DNA of 64,000 nucleotides from Moniliella sp. 'wahieum' (taxonomy: Eukaryota): NCBI GenBank assembly GCA_003971905.1, contig RSEE01000042.1:62001-126000 (forward strand). The letters run 5' to 3'. This document shows, in pieces, positions 48,599-61,873 of this stretch (its first letter is position 1; the number at the start of each line of letters is the position of its first letter). The notes under the pieces were generated by a model, which made no database searches, was not told where the DNA came from, and saw only the letters and a list, made by a program, of their open reading frames with translations. The position numbers were made by a program, and so were the translations under genes.

Positions 48599-50512
48599 TC
48601 ACGGATCCGCGGGGCCAGGCGCAACGGCCGTCGCAGGCGGACTGCGTCCGGGGGAGACCAATACCGGTTGATCAGTTTCGGATTGGCATTAGGATTGGGT
48701 GTGGAATTGGAAGTGGAATTGGGATTGGGATTGGAATTGGGGTTCTGGGTGGAATTGAGATGAGATGAGGATGAGGATGAGGATGAGGATGAGGACGACT
48801 GCAAGTCGGTGCGAGTTGGGACGTGAGGGAGGTAGGGTCGGCCAGAGCCGGGCGGGTAGGGGGCTAGTGAGTCCCGGAGGAGAGGAGCTGTGCCCAAAGC
48901 GGGGGAAGTAGATCGGCTGGAAGACTGTCCCGGGAGGCCCGGGAGGCCCGGGGGGGAGAGGCGTGGGTAGAGGAAGATGTGGAAGTGGATCCCGGAGGGA
49001 CATGGACGAGTTCAAGGCAACGGACCGAGGCCGAGCGGGCTAACGGGTCCAGGGGAAACGGGTAAAGTGAGTGGGGGTGAGCTGAGCGGGCCGAGCGGGG
49101 CGAGGGAAGCACCAAGTCCAAAGTTGCCACTGGCAAAGCTACCTGCTTCACCGAGACTGTTGATGCCCGCGATACCTGGCGAAAGGAGCCCGGTAGGCCG
49201 GGGGGCGCCAGCCCGCCTAACGGGACCATGCCGAGACCGGGATTGCGCAGCTCCGAGGGCGCGAGGAAAGGGTGCCGATCGCCTGTTTGGCGGGACAGAT
49301 GGGGCAGCGGGTGAGGGTGAGGGTGGCTCAAGGACGGGTGGTGGGCCGAATGGTGAGCAGTCGGACCCATTCCCGATGCTAAGCCCGCAGGACCAGGAGG
49401 CGACATGGACCCCGTCCCGCCGCCCGCTAAGGTCCGTGACGATTTGGTGTGCAAGTTCTTTTGGCCATCTCTGTCTTGAGCACACACCCGCGTTCCGCAT
49501 CGACCATCCGACCATTGAGGAAATCTCGCGCGCTCATCGCTTCGCCACGGGTGCGAAATTTGGCAAATCCAATGATTGTGTTCGGTCCGGTTGCGCGCGG
49601 TTGGAGCACCAGGACCAGGACCAGGACCAGGACCACCAGGACCACCACCGCCAGCGCCAGCGAGTGAGGAGCCGAGAGGGCTGAGGGGCCCGAGGCATTG
49701 CTCGCTGGCCTGGGCGCATGGGCGCCGGACCGAGGGGGAAGAAGGCCTCTTCCTGGGTCTGGTTGGGCAGTGTGGGGAACTTGAGTGACGCCGCCTCGAA
49801 GCCACGGGCAAAGACAAAGTAATTGGTAACTCGCGCTCGGTAATGTCGTCGGGGAAGCCAGCGAGGAAGACGGTGGTGATCTCCTCGTTGGGGTCCTGCT
49901 TGAGCCGGTTGGGAACGGAGGTTCCGCTAGGTGCAGGGGCAGAGGCAGGGTTACCCGGACCCGGACCGGGACCAGGACCGGGCCAGGACCAGGGCCAGGA
50001 CCGGGACCGGGACCGGGAGGACAGAAAGAGGGGGTACGTTGGAGGTGGGAGGGGCCCGGGCGGAGGGATAGCCGCGGTGGGCGGGCGGGGCAGGAGGAGG
50101 CAGTGCGGATGGGGGCTTGTGCGTGGGCGGAGGTAATAGTAGTTGGGGTTGGGGTTGGGGGCGTGCGGCGGGGGGTGGGGCCCATCGGCGAGCGGGAGCT
50201 GGGGAGCGGCGGGGGCTGTGGGCTGGAGCTGCGGGGCGGCGGGGCGGGGGCGGGGGCGGGGCGAGGCGAGGTGGGGGAAGAGGTGGGCGAGGTCGGCGTC
50301 GAGGCGAGCGGGGGGGGGCATGAACGGGGCGGCGGGCTCGAAGGGGCCGGCGGGCGGAAGAGGGCGGGTGGTAGGCGGGGTAGGCGGCGGCGGGCGCGGC
50401 GGGCGGGGCGTCGGGGCGTCGAAGGCGAAGAGGTCGTTGGCGCCCCAGAAGCGGTCGCCGGGGAGGAGGCGAACTGGTGCAGCTCGCCCGTCGACGGCGG
50501 CGCAGAGGACAT
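48599..50512 (-). CDS. RRM RNA-binding protein, Whi3/Scw1-like
   Basis: EEITTVFLAGFPDDITERE..FEAA then IIGFAKFRTRGEAMSARDFLNGRMVDAERGCVLKTEMAK.NLHTK; Pro-rich flanks; stop inferred at 48599-48601. Confidence 0.85.
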
Positions 50513-52512
50513 GGCGGGGGTTAATGAGCGCGACGCGTCGGGCAGGCGCAGCAGCAAACACGCAAACACGCTAACACGGGGACTGGTGGTGGTGCGCTGC
50601 GCGAGCGTCGCCCGCAGCGCCGCGCCTCTCCGCCCGAAGCTTGGGTGCCAGCCGCGTCCCCACACCGGCCCGTGCCTCCCGCCCAGCGCGTGCGCGCGTG
50701 CCTGCGCGCGTGCCTGCCGCCCCGGGTGCGCACCGCGCCAGTGCGCGGCCATAGCACTCGCAGCCACCGGCATGTGCAGACGGCCGCACCAGCCGACTGC
50801 CCAGCCTCCCGCCAGTGCGCCAGTGCATCATGCAGCGTGCCGCCCCCAAGCCACGGCCCCTGGCTGCCCCCTGCATTCGATCCGGCGGCGGAACTGCAGG
50901 GAGGAACACGGCCTCCGTGCAGCGCGTCTGCGCTGCACTGGCCCCGCCAGCTCTGCAGCTGGCACAAGGGGGCATCATGCATCATTCATCATGCATCCAT
51001 CTTCAAGCTGCAATCTCATCGGGGCAACGATGGTCACCACTCTGTGGTTGACAATTCACATCCCATGTGACTAACATGTGACAAGGCACTTGCGCATGCC
51101 GGCCGCATCACTGCCTTACGCCCCCGTATGGCACAGCGCCCAATGTGGCCTGCGGGGTGGCTACTACTTGAGAACACGTCGCATCCCTAGTCCCTACTTA
51201 GTCCCTAGTCCCTAGCCACTAGCCACTAGCCACTAGTCTAGTCATTTCTTTTGCAAGATGCCGGGTTTTGATGATCCCGACACAGCCTTCCTCTCCATAG
51301 TGACTAGTAGGGACTCGTGAATCTGCCCCCTTTGTTTTTCTTGGGTTATGCATGGTTATGGGCAGGCAGGGTCCCGGATCCATGTCATCGACCATCTCTT
51401 GCGACGTATCAGGCGGACCATGGGGGGGCACACAACACACAAACACAACCCACCGTAGAATAGGCCCTGATCGATGGAATGCCAGTCATGGCGACGACAG
51501 AGAGCATCGTACCAAAAGTTCCACCAAGGATTAATTATCTTCTTCTGCCATCAACCAGTGCATCAACGTACAAAGGGACGCTGGACTAGGGCCCAAGTCA
51601 CAATGTCTACTGCAAGTACAAAACTAGGGGACCACCGGGTCTACGGTCGGTCAGCTGCGGCTTCGCCCCAGCCTGGTGTGCTGGTATACAATGCAGTGTC
51701 AGGGCTCTGCCTATCCTTTAATTCCACGGATGGTCGATGGTCGACGGTCGATGGCAGGCCTCCCACCGTATTATACAGACCAACAGTTCTACAATGTGCA
51801 CTGATGGATTTGGCCTGCTGACGTGGTTTCCCCCGCATGCTCATTCAGGCTTCAAGGTCCCGAGTCAAACGTCAAGCGTCAAGCTACAAGCCTCAAGCCT
51901 CAAGACGGCCAGACTCACGGTGCCCGATGCCCACTGCACGCGTCAAATCTGAGCTGCTCACTGCGGCCGTATTACGTGCTGGGGTACAAGGACTTACCGG
52001 TTACCCTACAGCGGCCACACGGTCTCGCACGTAATCTAAGAGCGAGGACCCGAGCAGGTCTCAAATCAAGGGGGGGGGGGCGGGCACAACATGCTGGTAC
52101 AGTCTGGTTTGGTATAGTGCATCAGGTATATTGAGAAATTGAGAAAAGGGTAGGGATCGAGCGGTGGCGGTACGGAGGAAGATGCGGGAGCGTGTTCAAC
52201 AGGTGGGGCGGAAGGGGTTCAATCGCTCATGATTGGTAGGTCGCCTGGGAGTGGGTTGTTAGGATAGGGGGGCGGAACGAGGAACATGGTACAAGGAAGA
52301 AGAAGAAAAAGAAAAAGGGAACGGATGATGGATGAATGGGGACCAAGCTGTTGCTCCGTCGTGTGCAGAGAATAAGAGAGAGAGAGAGAGACGAGAGAGA
52401 GAATATGTGTGAGGGGGGTAGGATGGCACGAAACGTTCTGATATGGGTGGGATGGTTGGAGGGGGGCGCAGTGGATCCGAAACACTGACTTGTAGTAGTG
52501 CGTTAGTTCAAT

Positions 52513-52812
52513 TCACTTGGTCGTCTTGATCGGTCGAATGGCAGCCTTGCAGTTGCTGCAGTTTCCCGGACTGACCAAGCGGGCGTGGGTGTGGCAGATG
52601 GGGCACTCGATTCCGCTGGGAGGGATCGATGGGAGGGAAAGCAAAGATCAGGAGTCAGGGGTTAGGGGTCAGTACGTGGTCAGTCCGGTCCATTTTGGGT
52701 ATGAGAGATAGGATGATCCGATGATGGATGGGAAGGCTCCGAGGTTACCTGTGGGCCTCGGATGGACCAATCTATAGTGGGCGGGAAGGGAGGAGGGGAC
52801 GTACAAGGCCAT
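52513..52812 (-). CDS. Putative 36-aa zinc-ribbon microprotein MAFGIECPICHTHARLVSPGNCSNCKAAIRPIKTTK (exons 52812-52805 and 52615-52513)
   Basis: CACAATGG start context, GTACGT donor, CTAAC/CTGAC branch candidates, pyrimidine tract and CAG acceptor; splicing gives an intact frame with CxxC-x11-CxxC and needs no sequence correction. Confidence 0.7.
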
Positions 52813-53005
52813 TGTGGGGAACAGCAGAGGATATGCGTTTGGGGTTTTGGGTTTTGGGTTCTGGGTGGCGTGCGAAAGAAGGAGGGAGCCAGCGAGGATG
52901 TCGTGGTGGGTCAAGCCGGGATGGAGAGATGAGAGAGAGAGAGAGAGGGAGAGAGAGATGGTGATGAGATAGCAAGCAGTGGGGGAGGGGGGTCTTGTCC
53001 CCCTC

Positions 53006-53012
53006 TTTAATA
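53006..53012 (-). promoter_or_regulatory. TATA-like box upstream of the microprotein gene
   Basis: Minus strand TATTAAA(GAGG) followed by a CT-rich leader, ~200 nt upstream of the ATG at 52812. Confidence 0.45.
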
Positions 53013-54521
53013 GGCTCTCTAGTCACATTTGCGTTTTACCACACAGCAACCCGTTAACGGATTGATGAACGCGCGCTATTGTTCCGTCGCTGCATTGTCC
53101 GAGACGAAGGCCGATGAGGTGGGAGGAGCATGTTTGCCTTGGTATGGTACTCCCACTTGTATCCTACATCACGAAAAGTACCTAACACACACACAGCAAT
53201 TGTGTATAACTCGATAGCAACAGTAGTGCTAACCAGCAACATAAGGCGCTGCTAAGGCGCTGGGTGGTGTCCGAGCGAAAGACAAAAGCAGTGTTGTGTT
53301 CTTCTCACCTTAGGGTTAACAGGGCGCCCAAAACACACAGCAGAGCACCCGCACAACACCACCTTACTATACTGATTGTGTCTGATGCGCGGCTCTGGCA
53401 CCGCCGACAGACGATGATAGTGTGGGGGGGGCATTTGTGGGACGCGGGACGGGCGGGCACGAGACGAGCCGAGCCGAGCAGAGAGAGAGTGTGGGGTTTG
53501 GGTTTTGGACGGTGAATGGCGGTGGTTGTGGGAGGATGTGAGCGGATGACCCTTCGCTGTGAATGTGAGGCCGAGGCGGCGGGGGGGCCGATGAAACAGA
53601 ATAGACGAGAGACGAGTGGCTGAGTGCCAGTGTGTGTGGTTCTGCGTTCTGCCCCGCCGCGTGGCTAGTGGCTGAGACTGCCGAGAGAGGGTGCACTGCC
53701 CCCCTGCCCCCTTGCAATCGGCACGCTCCATGCTCCATGCTCCCCTCCTTTATCAGTACTTGAACTTTCAATTCCACTCGCCCTTCCCTCGGCCACCGGC
53801 CACGCCCGATCCCGCAGCGCTTCCTGCACACTGCCCGTAGCTAACCCCTAAACCGTCAGGCGTCCAGGAGGGGGATGAAAAACAAGGGCCATACGCGCAA
53901 GATGACCAACGTAACGGACACCACCCGCGCCTGTGTGACCTGAATATGAATGGTGACAAGAAGGACATGGCAGTACAGCGCGTGAGGTTCCCCCTCCCCC
54001 GCGGTAGTGCAATTTTGTCTTCGGTCTCCGCAGACGAGCTCCCAACGCCCACTGCGAGTTGACAGAGGGACTGGCGGAGGGTTTTGTAGGGTGCGGTAAG
54101 GTGGATGAACCAATGGACAAATGGATCATACTTTGGACCTTTTCCTACAGTAGTAAGCACAGTGAACTGACCGCCGACTCGCTGGGCGACCGCACACCAA
54201 GGCTAAACGCGGGTGTTGCAGTGTACTCCAGGTTGCACTCTGTTGTTCTGACGTACCGTCTTCCGTCGGCGGCCAAGCAGCACAACTATCGATGGGACCT
54301 TGGTGCCAGCAGCCGGCGTTGGCCTTCAGCAACTCTCACTGCAGATTGGAGGATTTTCGCTAGTACTGTCGTTGTGATCGAAACGTCTAATGAGCTGGTG
54401 GGGATGTGCTTGCCGCATCCCTGCCTAACCTACCTCCTGGTCGCCGACAGAACAAGCAAAACCCCATGATGGATATACGATTGAACCAAGCAGGGTAGCA
54501 AGTGAGCTCGGGTGGTGTGGC

Positions 54522-55581
54522 TCACATGGTCCAACCGGTGTAGTCTCGCTGGTTTCCGATCTTGGGGTACTTGTGCTGGGAACCCGAACCAGCGTGTCGG
54601 ACACGGTAGATGGCCTCGCGCATGCGCGCCTCGTCGCGCTCTTCCCACGTTACCGTATCGGAGAACAAACTGGACACGACCGGTGCGGTGGATGATGCGT
54701 CCTGCGCGGCCCTTGTTCTTATACTCGATGCTCTTTGAGTGAGGGCCCTTGCTGACCCAGATCTGGTCGACAATCAAACGGGAGACATCGAGGCCTTTGG
54801 CGCGTGCGTGTTCACGCGCCAAGACAAGGGAGGACTTGATCCACTTGGCCGCGCGCTTGGGCGAGTACTGCAATTGCAAAATAGCAAATCAATCGGTTCC
54901 TTAGCCACGAGCCTGGCGAGGTGACGCAACTTCTTGTGGCTAGTACGGTGCATGGCAGTACTGTACTTGTGCTCGGGGGGAGCGTTCGGTCCGCCCCAAC
55001 GTTTGCGCAGCAACCGAGCCCGTTTCTTGGCCCACAACCGTTCCTCCGCATCCCGCTCTTCCCATCCCACCCTCTCCTGTTCCTGCTCGTTCTCCAACAG
55101 AGGCGAACCATCAACGCCGACGGCACCCAGGGCCGCGCGTCGCGACGCTCGTCCGCAGCGACCTGCTGCGCGTCGGAAGGCAGCATACCACCCAGCTTGC
55201 GCTGGCGCTCGCGCTCTTTACGGTTACGTAGATGATGCGGCCCAAGCGATCGCCGAGACGGGGTGCGATCTGGTCCGACAGCCAGCTGGGACGGGCGGCC
55301 GAGGTGTTCAGACTAGGGGGGGGGGGGGGGGGGGGGGTCAGAAGTCAGAGGGGGGTCTGGACGCGCAGGCGGAGGGGAGAGACGCACGAGCGGGCAGGAG
55401 GGCGCGAGTACGCAGACGCGAGTGCGATGGTGGGCAGGTGGCGGGCAGGCGGACAGGCACGGGGCGCATGGCCATGGCCAGGGCCGGCCGGCCAGGGCAA
55501 GGGCTGGAGCGGGCGCCATTGGGATTCGCACGGGTGGCGAGCGGTTGGGGTGGAGCGGGCGCTGGCTGGATGGAATCCCAT
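54522..55581 (-). CDS. MRPL22: Mitochondrial ribosomal protein uL22m
   Basis: HKYSTAMHRTSHKKLRHLARLVA, LQLQYSPKRAAKWI, LIVDQIWVSKG, KGRAGRIIHR; Arg/Ser-rich presequence-like N-terminus. Confidence 0.92.
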
Positions 55582-56050
55582 CTTCTTGTTCTTGGCTGCA
55601 ACCCTCGCTGCTCCCGCTGCTTCTCCATTCCGCCCGGTTAGCATTCCGCCGGGCACTGGTGTGTGCGTACGTCAGCAGCGCACGTGAGCGTGCGGTGAGC
55701 TGGAAGATGGAAATGGGCAGCGGCGGAGCGCTGAGTATGGGCTCACGCGGAGTTTGGTCGGATGATCGGATGATCGATGATCGGATGAGGCCGATGGCTG
55801 ATCGGAGGCCTGCTGCGCTGTGCCGATGAGGGTGATGAGGTGAGTAAGGATTCACACTGGGGCTGCATGTGATCGATCGAAGCAGCCGTCGGCAGGCGGG
55901 AGCGGAGCGCAGCGCACAAAGAAGCGCACTAGTCCCGCGCCCGCTTCTGCCGCCTGCGATTCTATTCGCGTTTGCCATCTGCGGTGCGCTGCTCGCTGCT
56001 CGCCACGTAACTCCTTCTCGCCTCGCTTTGCCGCGCGCTTCCTGCCCGGC

Positions 56051-59000
56051 ATGCCGCCCATCCCCACCTCCGCCTCCGCCCCCGCCCGCCCGCTCCTCTC
56101 GCCCTCCCCCCCACCCCACCCCCCCCCCGCCCCCGCCCCGACACCCACACCCACCCTCCGACCCAGCCGACCGCTCCCGCGGCGCATCTGCCAAGCGTCC
56201 CCGGCCCTCGGGCACCAGTGGCAAGGCCACCTCGTGCGAGAACTGCCGCAGGTACGTGCACCTTTCCTCTCTCCAGGCCGCATGCTGACCCCCCCCCCCC
56301 CCCCCCCCCGTCTACCCGTCTACCCCAGGCGCAAACTCAAGTGCGACCGCAAGTACCCGTGCAATGGGTGCGTGCTGCCACCAGGAGCATCTGTGCAAAT
56401 GGGAGCCTGGCACCCAGCCCCTGCAGGCCAACCAGGAGCCTGTGCAGCCCGGTCCGATGCTGGAAAGGCTGGATCGGATTGAAAAAATGGCGTTGGCGCT
56501 GGCCGAACGTCTGGGCGTTGACCAGTCCTCGGCTCCCGCGCCCCCCAGCCGCAGTGCCAGCCGCAGCCACAGCCGCAGCCCTAGCCCCAGTCGCAGTCCC
56601 AGCGGCAACCTCAGTGGCCGCGGCAGTCACAGTCGCAGTCGCAGCTCCAGTCCCAACCATCGCACCACCGCCACCCGCACCACCCACAGCTCTCGTCCCA
56701 ATCATCGCGGCGCCATGGGTGGCGACGCCATCTTTGGCCGATACCGTCACCGCACTTCGTCTCGTGCCGGGTGTGCGCCGCTGACGGACTCTTTACCGCC
56801 CTCGCCTGGTCTTCCTAGCGTGCGTGTCCGCCGCCGCTCCATTCAAGGTTCCATTCCCGTTGTTCCTCCTGACCGAGGCGACGGCAGCTTTTCCATCGCC
56901 TTTTCCATCCGGGACGATTGGAAAAAACAACCAGCGGAGCACGCGGCAAGAATCGCTGCGCGAGTTGAGTTTGGTCATGCCCCCGCCCGAAATGGTGCAA
57001 AAGATGACCCGGGCTTTCTTTTCCGACGTGATTTTCTTCTCGTCGATCATTGACCAAGCCACGTTCCACGCTCGTCTGGACGTGTTTGAGAAATACCGCA
57101 CCCGGTCGCACCAGGACAAGTTGAATGTGGGCGACGAAGAAGCGCGTTGGTACCTCGAGTTTAGCGCGCTGTGGGCCATGTGTTCTACCACCTTGGTCGA
57201 GGCTGGACACCAGGCGTTCCCTGGATTGGTCGAGATGTTTGAGCATCCCGTCTTGACGTTTATGGATGCCTGCATCCAAGCCATTGATTCCTGTCAAGGC
57301 CTCGAGATTCCCTCGGTGGAGACGGTCCGGGTTCAAATCCTCCTGGCTCATCTCCTGCATATGTTGCGTGGCGACTCGTGGGGGTCGGTGACCTACCTCA
57401 TGGCCATTGGCAATGCATTTGCCGTTCAACTGCACAAGGAACCGCCTCCCAACTTGCCCCAAGACATTTTTTACGACCGCATCCGCCTCTTTGCCTTTAT
57501 TGTGTTCATTGACGCGTTTGGTGCAGGCGGACCGGGGCCCGTGCGACGCGGGTGCTTGGTCCCGGACAATGGCATCTACTCTACCCCGCGATTCTTGTTC
57601 TCGGAAGACAGTTGGACCATGGCTACGGAGGATGGGCCGTGGCCGATCGGACTGAAGGTACGTCCCACCACCACCTCACGGGTAGCATCCATTCCTGGAG
57701 ACAGGGGTGGGAGAATGATACCCAGAGCTGATCTTGCTAATCTTGCTAACCTGGCACCCAGTTGTTTGAGATGAGCCGTGTGATGAGCAAGGCGACCGTA
57801 CGAGAGTTTATGCCTGAGGACGAAGCGTACCAACTTACTCAGCAACTGCAAGCCCAACTGGACGCTCTCCTACTGCGTTTCCCGCCCGACTTTTGCCCTG
57901 ATTCCGGAGCGGTGTGGGTGCCTACGAAAAAAACACCCTTCTCCGCCGCCATGCAGCTCGCCGGACACCATGTCACGCTCACTCTGCATGGCCGACACTA
58001 TGTCGCGGGCTGGCTGGACGGCAGGTACGCTAGCAGCCGGAACATGTGTCTGCAAGCGTCTCTGCATATCATCCGTACTTTTCTCACCTTTACTGCCCAC
58101 CTCATTCCACCAGAAAGGATGGCCGGTATGACGCAGGACGAGGTCCGCGCGGCACTAAAGAACCCTGAGAAACTGATGCTTGCACGGGGCTCGTTTTTGG
58201 GGCGGAAGGCAGCGCCGTGTGGGCTGTTACTGCAGCACTACCTCTTCATGATCACCCACCCCCGGAGCAAGTGGCCTCCACCTTACCTGGGATGGGCAAG
58301 GAAGAAATGTTGATGCTACTGGGGCAACTCAAATCGACGCTGGAACTGGTTGCGCCGGCGATGAGGGTGGATGAAGATCAAGTGGCCGAACTGTTACCGC
58401 AGGGCAGCGTTAGCTTGCCTACCACTATACGCGTCTCGCCCTTGATCAACCCACGGCACAAACAGAGACGCCCATCCACTGCGTCCATGGCGCGCGTATC
58501 GACGTTGACGGAGGACGCGCCATCAGCCGAATCGGTCGTCAACACTGGTCTCTCTACGCGCGGACCACAAATAGGAACCGGGGTCGGGGGGGGCCGGGAC
58601 GGGGACAGGACCCGGGACGGGGACAGGACCCGGGACGGGGACAGGACCCGGGACGGGGACAGGGACAGGGACAGGGTCCGGGACGGGGACTCAACCACAT
58701 TCGTGCATGGATCGCCGCTTAGCACCTCGAGTCCTACCTGGGTATCTCCCAGCTGGCCTGAAATCCCGCCTTCGCTCGAACAAGATGCGTCGATTGTAGC
58801 TACCGCACCTTGGTTCCAACAAACGTTTGTGGATTTCGAGACGTTTGTTTCCGCGCTCGTGGCGACGGAACCGGGACTTTCACCTTCGGGCAGTATCTTG
58901 TACCCTGCTGCACCAGCTCAACCTCAACCTGGACCACCTCAACCTCACGCCGCACCGCCTCCCGCTACTCAAGCGTTGAATGGAGCCTCGTACGCCCCCA

Positions 59001-59191
59001 CGTCCGGTCCGACGTTCGGGTTCGACGTGCCGGGTCTATCTCCGCACCCTAGTTCGGCTGGCTTGGCCGGTGCGTTACCGGCCACCTCGTCTTTTGTCTC
59101 TGACACTTCCTCCACCATGGGTCAACGCCCGGCTTCCCGTCCAGGCGCTGTACCTAGCCCAGTGGGCTTCTCCTCCTTCCGGTCCCAATGA
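56051..59191 (+). CDS. Zn(II)2Cys6 fungal transcription factor
   Basis: SCENCR|RRKLKCDRKYPCNGC...LCKWE across intron 56252-56328; coiled-coil LERLDRIEK; middle homology-like region; second intron ~57658-57761. Confidence 0.92.
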
Positions 59192-60165
59192 CCCTTCGGG
59201 TTGCTCCCCCTCCCCCATGTGTTTCGAAAGATGCTTTTTGTCATTTGTACTTGCGATCAGCGCTCAGCCTGAGCAATCAACCTTCGACGTTCAAGATCAA
59301 CGATTATCGGAAACCGGTAACTGGTAATCCGACTAGACTGTCCTGGTAGAATTGGTAAACCACATCATGCAGCAGGTGCAAGCTGCTACCTGTACACCAC
59401 CGACCCCTTTTGGATATCCATGACAGTCATGGTATCACAGGCGCTGCAACTGGGATCCAGCGAATTACCCCAGCTGGTTTCAAAGTCCGTGAGACAGCTT
59501 CTCCCCCAAGTTGTATATTCAGCAAATCGAGACAGAAATAAAGGAGGATGCGAATGCGCATCGCAAGCATACTATGCTGCCCTCTCCACGCCATGGGGAT
59601 TGGGGCCATAAACTCCCAGGTTATGTTTGACAACCTGCTTGTGAAATGAGGCGACACGGACAGCACCCGACATGGGCCCGCGGGCCTGACTTACCCAGTG
59701 GTGCGTCTCCACCTGCAAGAGGATTCGGGCAGAAGCGTTCAGAACGCCGTGAAGAGGAAAGGAGCCAAATGAAGATACGCACATTAGTTACAATCTCGTA
59801 GCGGATGCCCGCTATGGCTCGCGTTATTCGTGCCCGTACTTCGTTGCCTAGGAGTCTCTTGGGCTCACGCTTAGATAGTCAATGTACTGCCGAGCCAGCC
59901 GGCGCTCTGGTGCATGGCACTGAGAGAGCCACTGGCGCTCCTGACACCCTGGATGTCAGAATAGATAAGTTTTCCGACATCAGCGTGACATCAAGGCCAT
60001 GATGGATGTTGATGAAATCCATAAGTGTAGGCAGTGGGGACGAATTAGTAGGAATGCTTCCTATCTTGTTGTTATGTGTCTGGCCGCGCAGATTGAGCCT
60101 GGCCTCGGTAGTGCTTGCTCCTTCAAGTCTCGAGATGGGGTCAGCTGCCGAGGGATGCGCCAATT

Positions 60166-60319
60166 TGTCGGAGGAGATCTGTCCAGCGGTCTGCTATCGG
60201 TGAGAAGGAAGATGGTTGACTGGGAATGAATTACTGGGGGGCAGAAGCTTCGGGAAGATCTGCTCCGGAATAAACCAGAGGCTAAATGGGCTGGGCCGCA
60301 GGCGACGTCACACTCAACA
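60166..60319 (-). repeat. 3' LTR (154 bp)
   Basis: TGTCGG...TCAACA; direct repeat of 61874-62010 with a few substitutions and a ~14-nt indel. Confidence 0.95.
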
Positions 60320-61873
60320 CCCCCCCCCTACGGCCTCTAAGGCCCCAGGCCCAACTCGGCCTCCGAAGAAATGACTTCTTGACCGAACTGGGAGATGGCG
60401 TGTAGAAGTTGCGGACGCGCCAGCGGTTTTGTTAGCGTGTCGCCTTATTTTCGCTTCCGGGAATTTTGATAACATCAAAGGTGCCCTCCGCCACTTTGTC
60501 GCGGACGAAGTGGTGGCGGATCTCGAAGTGCTTGGCTGCACCGACGCTGCCCACTTTGTGCGAAAGGGCGACGGCGACAGCGGAGTCGCAGTAAATTGGA
60601 ACCGTGTAATCCTCGTTCAGTTGTTCGAGTTCAATAAGGAGGTTCCTGATGTAGATGGCTTCGGTCATGCCGGTGAAGACGGCCAGGTACTCGGCGTGGC
60701 CTGTGCTGGTGCGCAGTCTTGGTGCTGACGTTGGAAACGTTGTTCACTGCTTTTCCGACTGAGATGGCAATCGCGTACGCTTCGTCGTAGGTCGCGTGGC
60801 GCGGGATGCGTGGCTGGAACTCAGTGGCCAGGCCCGCTGCAAGGCAGGCGACGAGCATGTCGTCCGGACAGGACGACACATAGCTCTGCAGGCGGCGGCG
60901 CGCGGCCTCGAAACGACCCACGTACCCGGCGCCAGTGTCCTTGCCTTGCTTGACGGAAGCCAGGTTGGTAACTGCGGCGCTGATGTCCTCCCATACGTGC
61001 GGGCGACAGTAGTCGCGAGCGCGGCGCCAGTATTCGCTGGCGCGGAGGCATTCGGCGCCATGGTTGTCAATGACAGAGCCGACGGTGCCGGTGAGGGACG
61101 ATCTCATCCACATGCCAATGGCAACGTCGGCGTTGATGAGCTCCTCGTCGTCCAGGGAGTCGTCGGGATCCAGAATGCGGAGGAGGGTCTTCGTGCTCAG
61201 AGGAACGTCAGGGTGCGATCCGATGAGGCTGAAGGCGGTGTAGACGTAGGTGGTCCAGGCTTCGTACTGGTCCGGAGTCGAGAGCAGCTTGACTCTGAGG
61301 CTTTTGGTTCTTCAGGACTTCGGGGATCAGCACGTTCCATTCGCGCCCGGGTTCCGCCTTGTCAGGATAGAGGTCGACGAGCGTGAGCATGAAAGTATCT
61401 CTTTCCATGTCGGGGAAGGCCGCCGAGATGGTCTCAATGGCGTCCTTGAAGCTGATGCCCTTGTTCTTTTCGAGTATGCGCTTCATGATGTATCTCTGTT
61501 GCTCCGTGGGACGCCCGATCCCACTTTTCAAGTCAACAGAAGCCGGGAATCCCTTGCCGGGAGACGGCACACGAGGTAAAACTCTCTGGCCAAAGGCGTC
61601 CGTGGTGATGGAGGCCTCGGTCTTGTGGGGTTTGCTCTCGATGCTCATCTTGCACTTCTGGGTGGTTGTGGGTTGGGAAAGAAGCGGGCGGGATCCGGTA
61701 AGGCAGATGGATTCGGTTGCCTCGTCAGCAATTTGCGATGCCGCGAGGGAGTCGTCGAAGGACATGGGCTCGCTTGCGAGTCTTGTCCTGCGAAATTCGG
61801 GTCTGGTCGCCTCTGAGGTGATTGCAGACTCGATCCAGCTAGCTTTGGCGGGTCAGAGGTGGGTTCGATAACC

